From: Octopus sinensis | Taxonomy: Eukaryota | Assembly (NCBI RefSeq): GCF_006345805.1 | Contig: NC_043010.1 | Span: 66,898,001 to 66,962,000 of the forward strand | Reading direction: 5' to 3' | DNA: 64,000 nucleotides | Shown: positions 35,926 through 49,358 of the stretch, piece after piece | Layout of the letters: the number at the start of each line of letters is the position of its first letter | How positions within the stretch are numbered: the stretch's first letter is position 1 | The notes under the pieces: generated by a model | Seen by the model: the letters and a program-made list of their open reading frames with translations, nothing else | Databases searched by the model: none | Told to the model about the DNA's origin: nothing | Position numbers and translations under genes: made by a program

Positions 35926-36423
35926 TGTACACGACACAATATTGTAACATATGTATGTTTAGGTATGTATGTATGCATGTGAATATGCATGTGTGTATGT
36001 TTATGTATGTATGTATGTATGTATGTATGTATGTGTGTGTGTGCGTGCATGCATGTATGTATGTATGTATGTATGTATGTATGTATATATGTATGTATGT
36101 ATGTATGTAAATATGTATGTAGGTATGTATGTAAATATGTATGTATGCATGCATGCATGTATGCATGTATGTATGCATATATGTATACAGACACACAGAT
36201 ATATTTTTCTCAATACAATCATTGAAGACATTAATCAACAACTTTCGAAAAATTCTTCTCTTAAAAGAAGTTTAATACAAAATGGAAGGAAGACTGCGAA
36301 TCTCCGTTCTTTAAATTTCTCTTATATATTATTTTTCTGTGTCATAAATTTGATAAGTGAAAAGGTAAAAATAGCGTTTCTTTTACTCTGATGGTCACAG
36401 TAAAAGAAACGCTAATCGATCTA

Positions 36424-36476
<53 letters not shown>

Positions 36477-36485
36477 GTCTGTCTG

Positions 36486-36544
<59 letters not shown>

Positions 36545-36545
<1 letters not shown>

Positions 36546-37834
36546 AGGAGGGCTGGGCATGCCGTGGTTGATGATGCGCAGACACGCGCTGAGACTGCGA
36601 CATCTCTGGCTCTATGTAGACGACGGTGAACAGGCGTGGTCGCCGTTTGTGAGGCACGCTTTCCCGCAGCTCGCCTCCATGACCGAACTGCAGTCGTGGA
36701 TCAAAAGAGGCCGAAGAAGGGCGAATGGCACCGCGAGTGTCGCGTTGCTCTCAAGCAACTCTGCCGTCCTGGGTCGACCTTGAGTGACTTCAACACAACC
36801 AAAGCATTCTATAGGGGTTAGTGGAGGGGAGGTACGACGACGAGCTCGGGGCGAACCTGGACGTCGACGAGGAGTACCTGACCCGCCTGTTCAGGACGAC
36901 TTTCGGGCCAGGGCCCATGGACAACTTCCAGAGATCCCTGGCTGGCAGTGCTACCGAGAAGCGCTACCCGTTCGGGATAAGCTCTACAGACACGGCTCGA
37001 GAAACACGGGGCCGACCTGCCCGAGATGCGGTCAGAGCGACGAAACCGTTCTGCACGCACTCGTGCAGTGTCCAACAATTTCCGACCTGGGCTTATGTCG
37101 AACAACTGCTGTCACGTGTGGGACGAGTCGGTTTATCAGCTGAGTCTATCGTTAATATTGTCACGCCTCCCTCCTTCAAACGGGAAGGAAGAGCTATTTC
37201 ATCATCCTTGTGGCTATGGCGAAAGAATGTATCTGGTGGACGCGTCTGAAAGGATTGGAGACAAACACTTTCCTCTCTGGTCAATCTCTCATCAACTTCT
37301 TCAAGTACCACTTGAAAAGGAAAGTGAGAGTAGAGAGGCAAGTTTTGTCTAGCGAATGTTTTAAAAAAAGATGGGTGAATGTAGCAAGAATGGCACGTAT
37401 GAATGACGAAGCCACCTTGAGCATAGTCCTATGAACCCAGAAATCGAAAACAGAGAGTTGCTTATTTGCAAAAAAAAAAAAAAAAAAGAAATATAAAATG
37501 TGACTTCATTGACCGAGGTTACCGTGGTCTTTTCCGTAGGCTTTTTTTCCACGGGTAAACCTCACCTGTCCTCCCCTTTACACTTCATATTGACATTTCT
37601 GTGATAACGATCCCTATTGATCAATTTTTTTTTTTTTTTTTCTCTTTTTTTTCTCCCTCTCCCCCTTTTTTAAACCCCTTTTTTTTGTCCTCTTTCTTCC
37701 TTTTACGATCCCTTTTGATCGAAACTCCCCCTTCCTTTTTTTTTCTTTTTTTTTTTTTTTAAACCTTCAAAAGAAAAGCTCTACCTTGTAATTTGTTCTA
37801 TCTGTGTGCAGCCCTGTGTGGCTAATAAAGAAAC
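36545..37834 (+). pseudogene. Tx1 copy 3 (ORF2 3' part plus 3' UTR), frameshifted
   Basis: Matches 43003-44289; flanked by TATC-type tracts on both sides. Confidence 0.93.
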
Positions 37835-37904
37835 ATTTCTATTTTTCTATCTGTCGTCTGTCTTTCTGACTATCGTCTGTATTTCTGTCTGTCGTCTGTC
37901 TTTG

Positions 37905-38005
<101 letters not shown>

Positions 38006-38012
38006 GTCTATC

Positions 38013-38687
38013 GACTGACGTGATGTCAGTTCGGCTCCGAAGGTAATCGTTTATTTTGACTATCCATAGCCCATATTTTGTGTACATTTTTGTAAATAAG
38101 GTGTGTAAGGCACCCAACTTTCGTTTGAGTGCTTTTCCAAGGGAGGAATTCGCCCCTAGGGGCAGTTTCAACCCTATTTAATTTGTGTAATTTCCTTTTC
38201 GACATTTTGAAAATGTCGAGAAATTGTATTTTAGAACGATGGTCGAGTTCTTCTATCGACCATAATTTTCCTAGTCTGGAAACGCTAGGAGAAAAAAAGA
38301 ACTTGTGCACGCAAAGTGCAAACATAAATGATTTTGGAATAAACGCTGCAACCACTTGTAGTAACAGCCCTGTCACCACCACCACCTCTAACAAGAACAA
38401 CATAGAGACTACTACTGTTACCACCACCGCTTTCACCACCACCACCACCACCATCAGCATCGACACACCAGCAACAAATACAAAACAAAGGTCGCAAGGC
38501 CAAGCACCGTCAACACCACCAGTGAGTCCACCACCAACACCGACAACAACACCATGGCAGCATCTGCCACTAAAACTGCTATCCCTGCTAAAGACATCGC
38601 CACCAATAACAATACCAACATCACCGCCACCGTGCCGTCAATGCTACTAATACCACTAACACCACCGCCGTCACCAAGAACGACAAT

Positions 38688-38737
<50 letters not shown>

Positions 38738-41700
38738 AAACGACGACAACAACAATTCCCTTCAACCACTGCTCACTCCATCACCAACAAGTGAAAAAAT
38801 AACAACGACAACCAAACGAAATGCCGAAATTTGCGCTAATGCAGGACCAAATTACGCAGACAATTTTCCACCCCTTGCTAGTTGCAAATCAGCAACCACA
38901 AACCTACAACCCACACCCCTGCCATCAACACCAACACCACCGGCAGTAACAACAATAACAAAACCAACAAAAACTTCGCCGAGGCGATAAAAGAAAAAGT
39001 AACAAGAGTTTCGTTTACTACACAACAAATAAAAGATTGCAGAAACCTTATCACCAATGAAAACGGCAAAATACTCTTACACATACCACAACACATACTG
39101 AATGAGGAAAAAAAGAAAACCATTGTTTATAAAATAACAACAAAAAAAAAAACTAAAAGTCCAGAACAGGCAAGCACGGACAAAATAGAAAAGTATCTGG
39201 GGATACAAGGATTATGTGACTTGGGCGAACAAGTTCGCCCACGTACAGGTGGTTTTTCAGAATGAAGAATTGGTGAAGAAATTCTCAACGATAACCCTTC
39301 ATTCTGATGAACTAACAATGACACCGAGTTACCTTGGCCAGAAGGTGACGAAGGTCATTATCAATAATGTCCCCCAAGTAACAACAACACTGTGGATAAC
39401 ATCCGCCATAACATCCGAAATGGAGGACTTAAACATCCTAGATATCGGTGTTTCGAAAAACAAGGACTGGCTGGGAAAGAGAATGGAGTTCCTCTTCCAC
39501 ATAAGTCAAGACGACATCAATAAAATTCCCACCCACGTACATCTTGAGGATGGCCGCAAGTTGTACGTAGTAGTCGAGGGCAGAAGGCCACGATGCTATA
39601 CATGTGGCAGTGAGGCACACCTCAAAAAGGAGTGCAAATCTGCACTAAATTAAAACAACAACAACAGCCACAGGAAAAACCACAAAAGCCAGCATTATTG
39701 CCCACACCACAATATGGACGGCTAGTCAAGAAGCTGTATGCAGAAATGCATGAAAAACAACAAAGAACAAGCCAACCCAACCAAACAACACCAACACCAG
39801 CGCCAAGAACAGAATCATCACCACCAACAATAACTAAACCAATTCCAACACCGAGAATAACAAGGGGAACATTATAGATAACATTATAGATAACATTATA
39901 GAATAACAACGAAGACAAGCACCAAGGATGTAGGAGAGACAATAACCACAACAAACCCCCCAACAACACCCTCCCCGCGCACCACAACAATATCTACAAC
40001 CGCACAAACAGACCCAGACGCTTTACCCTTACCCCCTGCTGATTCGTCAGACTTTTCATCTAACGATGAAAGTTCGACAGAATGGCAAATAGCCACAGGG
40101 GGTAAAAGAAAAAGATCAAGAAAAACCAAACAAGAAATCGCAACCAAAGCAGGGAGATACCTGAACCCTGAAAACTCCATACACAACCAAACAAGCACCA
40201 ACACCACAAAAACACACACAATGCTATCAGCGATAGACACCAAAGACTCCAAACTAATGGAGTACATCACAGGCTACACAAACATTTGTGAAGATGACTT
40301 TAAAAATAGCAATCATCCACGCACTACACCACCCAAACACATCAAAATACTACACATCACACAAACACAACACCACAAACCCAAAGCCCTCTTCCCAAAT
40401 GCTGTAGGGGGTTTCCAAAAATATCTCTCCCAAAAGCTTTATAAAAACCTCCTCGAAGACACATCAAAGAACGAGGAAGCCAAAACTTTCGACACAAGTA
40501 AGTAACTCTCTGTACTTTCCTTTTTGTGTTTTAAAGCACACACCCCAATAGAATCATGGTCAAAATTGGTTGTGTGAATGCGCGTGGCTTGGGGTCTCCT
40601 TGGAAACAAGGATACCTCCTAAATGACATCAAGTCACATGATTTGGGAATCATAGCCATAAGTGAGACCAGACTCCACGAGCCACGGGCCCTAAAGTCCA
40701 TGTTTGGCGGACAGTTTAACATTTATTTCGCTCCTTGTCTGCCGAGGATGGGCGGTAGTGGCACTGCGGTACTTTTTCACAAGAGCCTGGACCTCGAAGT
40801 CAAGACGATATTCGTAGACCCGGAGGGTAGACTGATCGTTCTGGATGTCGACGGCAGCAATGGGTGCGCTTTTCGACTCGTATCAGTCTACGCACCGCTT
40901 TTAACAGGTCGGCCGGATTTCTTTCGACGTCTAGAAGTATTCCTGAGAACGTCTCATCCTTTACTTTTAGTGGGGAATTGGAATGCTACCTTGGACACAC
41001 ATCTAGACTATGTGGGGAGAGACAAAAACAGAAGGGGATGCAAATGCCTCAGAGACCTGCTCAGACGCTTTCAACTGTCTGACAGGTACCGACTCGATCA
41101 CCCAAATGCACCAACGTGGACATGGAGCAACCGCAGTGGGTCGTCGAGATCGTATCTAGATAGGATACTGTGTAGGACAGTAGACAAGGATAACTTAGGA
41201 TGTCCACAATTCCACACAGTCAGCTACACGGATCACAAATTGGTGACGTGTACGCTAGACTTAGATAAGGCACATAGACAGGGTCCTGGGTACTGGAAAC
41301 TGAACGCATCATTCCCGTCCAGACAAGTTTTCAGAGACAGAATCAACACGTTAGTAAAAAGGGCTTTAACGGGAGCCATTGTCAACAACAAATGGTGGTT
41401 CGCCCTCAAGAGAGCAGTAAAAGCGGAAGCAATTAGATATAGCAAGGCACTAGCCGTAGATAGAAATAGAGTAGAGGGTGAGTTAGTTAAGAAGTTAGAA
41501 GAGGCAATAAGAAGTGGCATCACATCCGACGTTTTAGCGGCGAGGTTGGCCATTGAACAACACTTCAACGCCAAACACGAAGGGTGTGCTGTCAGGGCTA
41601 GGATGCGTGCTCTAAGGATGGAAGGTGTTGGAGCCGCGAGAGAGGCCCGGGTGGCGGAGGCGCAGCAGGGTAACAAAGCCACCATTCGGTCTCTGGTAGA

Positions 41701-44289
41701 TGAACAGGGGCGCGAATTGCTCGAGCTCAGCAAGATGTGCGAGACATTTCAGTGGCACTTTGCCCGACTGTACGGGACGAGTGGTGAGCGTGAACGCAGG
41801 GTGGACTTCAGTGCCTACCTGCACAGCCTACCACGACTCTCGGCAAGAGAGGCAGAGTGCTGCGAAGGTGCCATCACGGCGGCGGATGTGCGGGACGCGA
41901 TGGCAGAATGCTCGAGAGACAAATCGCCGGGTTTGGATGGTCTGCCCTACGAGTTTTACAATTGTATGCCAGACTTGTTTGGAGACGTCTTGGCAGCGGT
42001 ATACTGCAACTGGCAGCAAAACGGGAGCATACCCGGTTTTGTGAGTCTGCCGAAGAAAGATCCAAACAAGGGGAACATTATAGATAACTTTAGACCAATC
42101 ACTCTGCTCAATGCAGACCTGAAAATTTTGACAAAGGTGTTAGCCAAGAGGTTGGCGCTTGTCATCGAGAAACTGGTCGACAACGCACAAACGTGCGCCG
42201 TGCCGGGCCGGAGAATCCATGACAACCTCCATCTGATGCGCTACATCATAGACAGGGTAGTTAACGAACCTGGCATGGGTGGGGCCCTGATCAACTTGGA
42301 TCAATCGAAAGCTTTCGATAGGGTAGACCATCGTTCGGTAATTCGCGTGAATGGACATCTATCGAGACCCTTCGACATCGCACGTTCGGTCCGTCAGGGA
42401 TGCCCCCTCTCGGCGCTTCTATACGTATTGACTCTTGAGCCACTACTGCGGAAGCTGGCGACTCTGAGGGGCATCCCGCGAGAATTAGGATGCGGGACGA
42501 GCGTGTCTGCATACGCGGACGACGTCACCGTCATAGTGTCAAGCCACGCGCACATCGAGCGGGTCGGCGAGACACTGAAAGACTACGAAGCGGTGACAGG
42601 AGCAAAAATCAACCGGGAAAAGTCAGTGGGCTTGCGGCTCGGCACCTGGAGAAGCAAACCCATGCCGTCCACCAGTACCTCCGTCGTGGGACGCTGGACA
42701 GATGGCCCGGTTGAGTTGCTCGGGGTCTGGTTCGGTCCGGACCTCCAAATGGAGAAGAACTGGAACGAGATAACGAGTAGGGTGGTCACTCTCGCCCAGC
42801 AATGGGCCGAGAGGAAACTGTCCCTAAAAGGTCGGGCGGAGCTGGCGAACGCGTACATCGCGTCCATAATCTACTACCGCCTGACCGTCGTACCTTGTCC
42901 CGACCCTACCATCACCAAACTAGAACGCATCCTCTTCCGCTTCTTGTGGAAAGGATGCGTCCCGATAGTCAGGCGATCCATTTGCTGTCAACACCCGTTA
43001 AAAGGAGGGCTGGGCATGCCGTGGTTGATGATGCGCAGACACGCGCTGAGACTGCGACATCTCCGGCTCTATGTAGACGACGGTGAACAGGTGTGGTCGC
43101 CGTTTGTGAGGCACGCATTCCCGCAACTCGTCTCCATGACCGAACTACAGTCGTGGATCAAAAAGAGGCCGAGGAAGGGCGAATGGCACCGCGAGTGTCG
43201 CGTTGCTCTCAAGCAACTCTGCCGTCCTGGGTCGACCTTGAGTGACTTCAACACAACCAAAGCATTCTATAGGGGATTAGTGGAGGGGAGATACGACGAC
43301 TATCTCGGGGCAAACCTGGGCGTCGACGAGGAATACCTGACCCGCCTGTTTCAAACGACTTTCGGCCCGGGACCTATGGACAACTTCCAGAGATCCCTGG
43401 CCTGGCGGTGCTACCGAGAAGCGCTACCCGTTCGGGATAAGCTCTATAGGCATGGCTCGAGAAACACGGGTCGACCTGCCCGAGATGCGGGCAGAGCGAC
43501 GAAACCGCTCTGCAAGTAATCGTGCAGTGTCCAGCAATTTCCGACCTGTGGGCTTATGTCGAACGACTGCTGTCACGTGTGGGACGTGTCGGTTTATCGG
43601 CCGAGTCTATCGTTAATATCGTCACGCCTCCTTCCTTCAAACGGGAAGGAAGAGCTATTTTTATCATACTTGTGGCTATGGCGAAAGAATGTATCTGGTG
43701 GACGCGCCTGAAAGGATTAGAGACAAACACTTTCCTCTCTGGTCAATCTCTCATCAACTTCTTCAAGTATCACTTGAAGAGGAAAGTGAGAGTAGAGAGG
43801 CAAGTTTTGTCTAGTGAATGTTTAAAAAAATGATGGGTGAATGTAGCAAGGATGGCACGTATGAATGACGAAGCCACCTTGACCATGATTCTATGAACCG
43901 TAAAATTTAATACAGAGAGTTGCTTATTTGCAAAAAAAAAAAAAAAAAAAGAAATATAACATGTGACTTCATTGACCGAGGTTACCGTGGTCTTTTCCGT
44001 AGGCTTTTCTTTCCACGGGTAAACCTCACCTGTCCTCCCCTTTACACTTCATATTGACATTTCTGTGATTACGATCCCTATTGATCAACTTTTTTTCCTC
44101 TCCCCTTTTCTTTTTTTTCCCTCTCCCCCCCTTTTTTTAAAAAATCCTCCCCCTTTTTTTGTCCTCTTTCTGTCCTTTTACGATCCCTTTTGATCGAAAA
44201 CCAACCCTCTTTTTTTTACCTCCAAAAGAAAAGATCTACCTTGTAATTTGTTCTGTCTGTGTGCAGCCCTGTGTGGCTAATAAAGAAAC
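38013..44289 (+). mobile_element. Near full-length Tx1/L1-clade LINE (copy 4)
   Basis: Frameshifted ORF1 with a T/P-rich N-terminus and CYTCGSEAHLKKEC knuckle; ORF2 40556..43519; T-rich 3' UTR ending AATAAAGAAAC; both ends adjoin (TATC)n. Confidence 0.95.
40556..43519 (+). pseudogene. Tx1 ORF2: AP endonuclease plus reverse transcriptase, probably defective
   Basis: NARGL, ISETR, SYLDRI, TDH (APE); QGCPLS, AYADD (RT). Has in-frame deletions relative to copy 1 (RGAVT missing; about 30 aa missing after DRVDHR) and a frameshift before the C-terminal CxxC knuckle. Confidence 0.92.
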
Positions 44290-44395
44290 TTATCTATCTA
44301 TCATCTATCTATCTGTCGTCTGTCTTTCTGTCTATCGTCTGTATTTCTGTCTGTCGTCTGTCTTTGTATCTATCTATCTATCTATCTATCTATCA

Positions 44396-44426
<31 letters not shown>

Positions 44427-44500
44427 ATCTATATATCTATTTATCTATCTATCTATCATCTATCTGTCTGTCTGTCTGCCTGTCTGCCTGTCTGTCTGTC

Positions 44501-45100
44501 TGTCTGTCTATGTGTCAGCCTATCTATCTACCTCCCACTCTCTCTGTTACTCGATCTCTCACCGAACGCTCAAGTAACCTAGACGACTCACAGTCACCGT
44601 CCACTTCAGCTTCACCCCCCACGCCCCCGCATTCACCCCTTTCAGATGATAGTTGAATGATGATTTACTTAACAGCCATTTTAAAATTCATTTCATTATT
44701 GATCAGTTTGACACAAATGTAAAAACGTGACATTTCACGAAGACAAGCAGCAACGCAGCATCTGTGTTCTATCGGGTTTCACCTCAATCTCTCATTCTCA
44801 CCTCTCTCCCAATTTCTCCCTCTGCATATATATATATATACAGCTGCTGTGTTGCTGCTTGTCTTCGTGAAATGTCACGTTTTTACATTTGAGCCAAACT
44901 GATCAATAATGAAATGAATTTTAAAATGGCTGTTAAGTAAATCATCATTCAACTATCATCTGAAAGGAGTGAATGGGGGGAAGGGGGCAAGCTGAAGCGG
45001 ACGGTGCCTGTGAGTCGTCTAGGTTACTTGAACGTTCGGTGAGAGATCGAGTAACAGAGAGGGAGGGAAGTAGATAGATAGGCTGACACATAGACAGACA
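44501..45100. mobile_element. Fold-back element: ~265-bp inverted arms with a ~75-bp spacer
   Basis: 44501-44765 is the reverse complement of 44840-45100, with scattered mismatches. Confidence 0.88.
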
Positions 45101-45128
45101 TATTAATAATATACTTGTATATTTATTA

Positions 45129-45220
<92 letters not shown>

Positions 45221-45403
45221 ATAATCATTTGAGGGAATATTACCAAATATATACGTTTTATATTATTATTTTGCAATTTAATTAATCATCAGTATATTAT
45301 TGTTAATTTATTTTTGATATTTCTATTATATGTAATTTTCTAGATGGTGTAATTTAATTGTTCGTTTTGAATTGATAAAAGGTGGTTTTTTATAATTATA
45401 TAT

Positions 45404-45504
45404 ATATAATAAAAGGCTTCCAAATAAGGAAGCGTACTGCTAGAAACACAAAAAAGGATAAATTCTAGCATTACGCTTCCTTATTTGGAAGCCTTTTATT
45501 ATAT
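45404..45504. repeat. Short inverted repeat (42-bp arms, 17-bp spacer)
   Basis: ATATAATAAAAGGCTTCCAAATAAGGAAGCGTA...; one mismatch. Confidence 0.85.
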
Positions 45505-45592
45505 TTCTATACGAAAAATATATAGTCTAATGACTAATTCGTCTTTTGTGCTAGGCCACTGGTAATAATAATTTATTTTATTACCCTATTTG

Positions 45593-45635
<43 letters not shown>

Positions 45636-46035
45636 AGAAAATGGAGGAATATACTTTAGTCAATAATCAACTACCAGATAATACCCAAGCCCTACCTCAA
45701 TTTGTATATATATAAATATATACATATGTATATATGTATGTATGTACACAGACACACGCATATGTATTTCTCTGTACAATCGTTAGAAGACATTGGACTA
45801 CAACTTTCAAAAGTAATTTTTAAAATCTTTTAAAAGAAGTTTATTATAAACTTAAAAGAATATGATGGATCTCTGTTGCTTAAATTTCTCTTGAGGAAAC
45901 CTACGAACAAATATTCGTATTTCTCATGTTCACTCACGCTCATTGTATGTTACCCAGAATAGGGCTGGCGTTCCATTAGCCGTAAAGACTTTTGCTGGTC
46001 AAAGACAATTCATTATAGCAGGAGGATTCCACAGG

Positions 46036-47168
46036 CGTCACCGTCATAGTGTCTAGCCACGAGCACATCGAGCTGGTCGGCGAGACACTGAAAAACTACG
46101 AAGCGGTGACAGGAGCGAAAATCAACCGGGAAAAGTCAGTGGGCTTGCGACTAGGCACCTGGAGAAGCAAGTCCATGCCGTCCACCAGCTCCTCCGTCGT
46201 GGGACGCTGGACCGACGGCCCGGTTGAGTTGCTCGGGGTCTGGTTTGGTCCGGACCTCCAAGTGGAGAAGAACTGGAACGAGATAACGAGTAGGGTGGTC
46301 ACTCTCGCCCGGCAATGGGCCGTTCGGGATAAGCTCTACAGACACGGCTCGAGAAACACGGGGCCGACCTGCCCGAGATGCGGTCAGAGCGACGAAACCG
46401 TTCTGCACGCACTCGTGCAGTGTCCAACAATTTCCGGCCTGTGGGTTTGTGTCGAACAACTGCTGTCACGTGTGGGACGAGTCGGTTTATCAGCTGAGTC
46501 TATCGTCAATATTGTCACGCCTCCTTCCTTCAAACGGGAAGGAAGAGCTATCTTCATCATCCTTGTGGCTATGGCGAAAGAATGTATCTGGTGGACGCGT
46601 CTGAAAGGATTGGAGACAAACACTTTCCTCCCTGGTCAATCTCTCATCAACTTCTTCAAGTACCACTTGAAAAGGAAAGTGAGAGTAGAGAGGCAAGTTT
46701 TGTCTAGCGAATGTTTTAAAAAAAGATGGGTGAATGTAGCAAGAATGGCACGTATGAATGACGAAGCCACCTTGAGCATAGTCCTATGACCCAGAAATCG
46801 AAAACAGAGTTGCTTATTTGCAAAAAAAAAAAAAAAAAAAAATAAAAAAAGTGACTTCATTGACCGAGGTTACCGTGGTCTTTACCGTAGGCTTTTCTTT
46901 CCACGGGTAAACCTCACCTGTCCTCCCCTTTACACTTCATATTGACATTTCTGTGATAACGATCCCTATTGATCAATTTTTTTTTTTTCTTTTTTTTTCT
47001 CTCCCCCTTTTTTTAACCCCCCTTTTTTTGTCCTCTTTCTCTCCTTTTACGATCCCTTTTGATCGAAACTCCCCCTTCCTTTTTTTTTTTTTTTAAACCT
47101 TCAAAAGAAAAGCTCTACCTTGTAATTTGTTCTATCTGTGTGCAGCCCTGTGTGGCTAATAAAGAAAC
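46036..47168 (+). pseudogene. Tx1 copy 5 (5'-truncated, ~630-nt internal deletion at 46321)
   Basis: Matches 42521-42807 joined to 43428 onward; ends AATAAAGAAAC-ATATCTATC. Confidence 0.92.
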
Positions 47169-47190
47169 ATATCTATCAATCAATCAATCA

Positions 47191-47782
47191 ATGGCGAAAG
47201 AATGTATCTGGTGGACGCGTCTGAAAGGATTGGAGACAAACACTTTCCTCTCTGGTCAATCTCTCATCAACTTCTTCAAGTACCACTTGAAAAGGAAAGT
47301 GAGAGTAGAGAGGCAAGTTTTGTCTAGCGAATGTTTTAAAAAAAGATGGGTGAATGTAGCAAGAATGGCACGTATGAATGACGAAGCCACCTTGAGCATA
47401 GTCCTATGAACCCAGAAATCGAAAACAGAGAGTTGCTTATTTGCAAAAAAAAAAAAAAAAAAAAAGAAATATAAAATGTGACTTCATTGACCGAGGTTAC
47501 CGTGGTCTTTTCCGTAGGCTTTTCTTTCCACGGTAAACCTCACCTGTCCTCCCCTTTACACTTCATATTGACATTTCTGTGATAACGATCCCTATTGATC
47601 AATTTTTTTTTCCTCTCCCCCTTTTTTTTAACCCCCCTTTTTTTGTCCTCTTTCTCTCCTTTTACGATCCCTTTTGATCGAAACTCCCCCTTCCTTTTTT
47701 TTTTTTTTTTAAACCTTCAAAAGAAAAGCTACCTTGTAATTTGTTCTATCTGTGTGCAGCCCTGTGTGGCTAATAAAGAAAC
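47191..47782 (+). mobile_element. Tx1 copy 6 (3' stub)
   Basis: Near-identical to the 3' part of copies 3 and 5; followed by (TATC)n. Confidence 0.92.
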
Positions 47783-47783
47783 A

Positions 47784-47819
<36 letters not shown>

Positions 47820-47832
47820 AATCAATCAATCA

Positions 47833-47899
<67 letters not shown>

Positions 47900-47912
47900 A
47901 ATCAATCAATCA

Positions 47913-47987
<75 letters not shown>

Positions 47988-48241
47988 CACATCACTATAG
48001 CACTACACAGTCTTTTTTGTTAGGGTGGGGGCGAATAATTTGAGATGAATTTTAAACAAGTGTACAGTTTAGTCCCACAGACAGAACCTGATGTCTAGAC
48101 TTGCCACAAGATAGATTCAAGCAAAGAAGGCCCAAATGACCAGATATTGGTACTCAACCACGAAGTATAGTAGTAATAATAATTGAAGTCATAAAATCCA
48201 AACGCGATGCCACAAAATAGTTAAATTAGTAGACTACTTAC

Positions 48242-48336
48242 TAGAATTTTCTGAGTCTGAGCAGCTGCTCCTCCCGGATGAACGCTTTCTATTAAGACTG
48301 GATTACAGGGATCGGATCCACGGGTAACACTTATTC
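48242..48336 (-). CDS. Whirlin/PDZD7-like exon 9 (PDZ core)
   Basis: TTTCAG|GA...CTA|GTAAGT; G-ISVTRGSDPCNPVLIESVHPGGAAAQTQKIL; phase 1 to 0. Confidence 0.9.
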
Positions 48337-48439
48337 CTGAAATGTAAAGAATAATTCCATATCATTACTCATATTGTTCATAGTGAATTAGACATACACC
48401 TACCTACATACCTACCTATCTATAGTAAAATTGACAAAA

Positions 48440-48660
48440 AAAAGTAAACACACCAGCATCGGTTGCCAAGTGAAGTTGGGGGGGGGGGACAAACACAGAC
48501 ACACACACACACATATATATACGACGGGCTTCTTTCAATTTCCGTCTACCAAATCCACTCACAAGGCTTTAATCGGCCCGAGGCTATAGTAGAAGACACT
48601 TGCCCAAGGTGCCACGTAGTGGGACTGAACTTGGAACTATGTGGTTCGTAAGCAACCACA
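48440..48660 (-). mobile_element. SINE family B fragment
   Basis: Matches family B. Confidence 0.8.
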
Positions 48661-48664
48661 TATA

Positions 48665-49230
48665 TTGGGTTGTCTGGAAAGTTTGTGCCGATTTTTAAAG
48701 GAAGGAAAAAGGTCAATAAATACTTGCCATTACATTTTTAATCAACCAAATATGAACCATTTTGTTGCACAATGCATCTCCATCTTTCCTTTAACTTGAA
48801 AATGCCCTCTTCCCAGAATTGAGGTGGTTTCATGGCAAAGAATTCATCAAGGTATCTTTTTACGTCATCCAAGGAATTGAAATTTTTACCATTAAGACTA
48901 TTCTGCAGAGACCTGAATAAGTGGAAATCCAAAGGAGCAATATCTGGTGAATATGGAGGCTGGGGTAACACATCCAAGCCGAGCTGCAGCAATTATTGTC
49001 TGGTTCCCAAAGCATCAAGTGCCGAAAATGAACTTTCTTGTCTTCCATTTTAAAGGGTTGCAGAATTAACACAGGTGATAGGAACATAAACCTTCTTCCA
49101 CGAAAAGATAGCTTAAACTGTGCTCTAAATGGAGGTGTAGTCAAATCCTATTTTATGGACTCAACCATGTTCTAAAATAAGTCCAAAGGTAAGCTACTAT
49201 AAATCGGCATGAACTTTCCGGACAACCTAA
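48665..49230 (-). mobile_element. Internally deleted mariner (C-terminus retained) with both TIRs and TA flanks
   Basis: PYSPDIAPLDFHLF catalytic motif; same TIR family as 14214-15541. Confidence 0.92.
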
Positions 49231-49293
49231 TAGAATAGTTAGATGAACTGACAGACTGACGTTCTTCGGTGTTTTCAAGAATGTGTTGCTTAC

Positions 49294-49358
49294 CTAACGT
49301 CGGATTGTTCTTGGACACGTAGACTGTTATCAGATTCTCAAGTTCATCATCGTTGCTG
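49294..49358 (-). CDS. Whirlin/PDZD7-like exon 8 (PDZ start)
   Basis: TTCACAG|CAG|C tandem acceptor; SNDDELENLITVYVSKNNPTL-G; GTAAGC donor; phase 2 to 1. Confidence 0.88.

Noticed and set aside
38026-40270. Minus-strand V/L-rich ORFs as membrane proteins
   Set aside because: They are the antisense of the ACA/ACC-rich Tx1 ORF1 region.
40556-43519. Active, intact reverse transcriptase gene
   Set aside because: In-frame deletions in the RT relative to copy 1, a C-terminal frameshift, and a broken ORF1.
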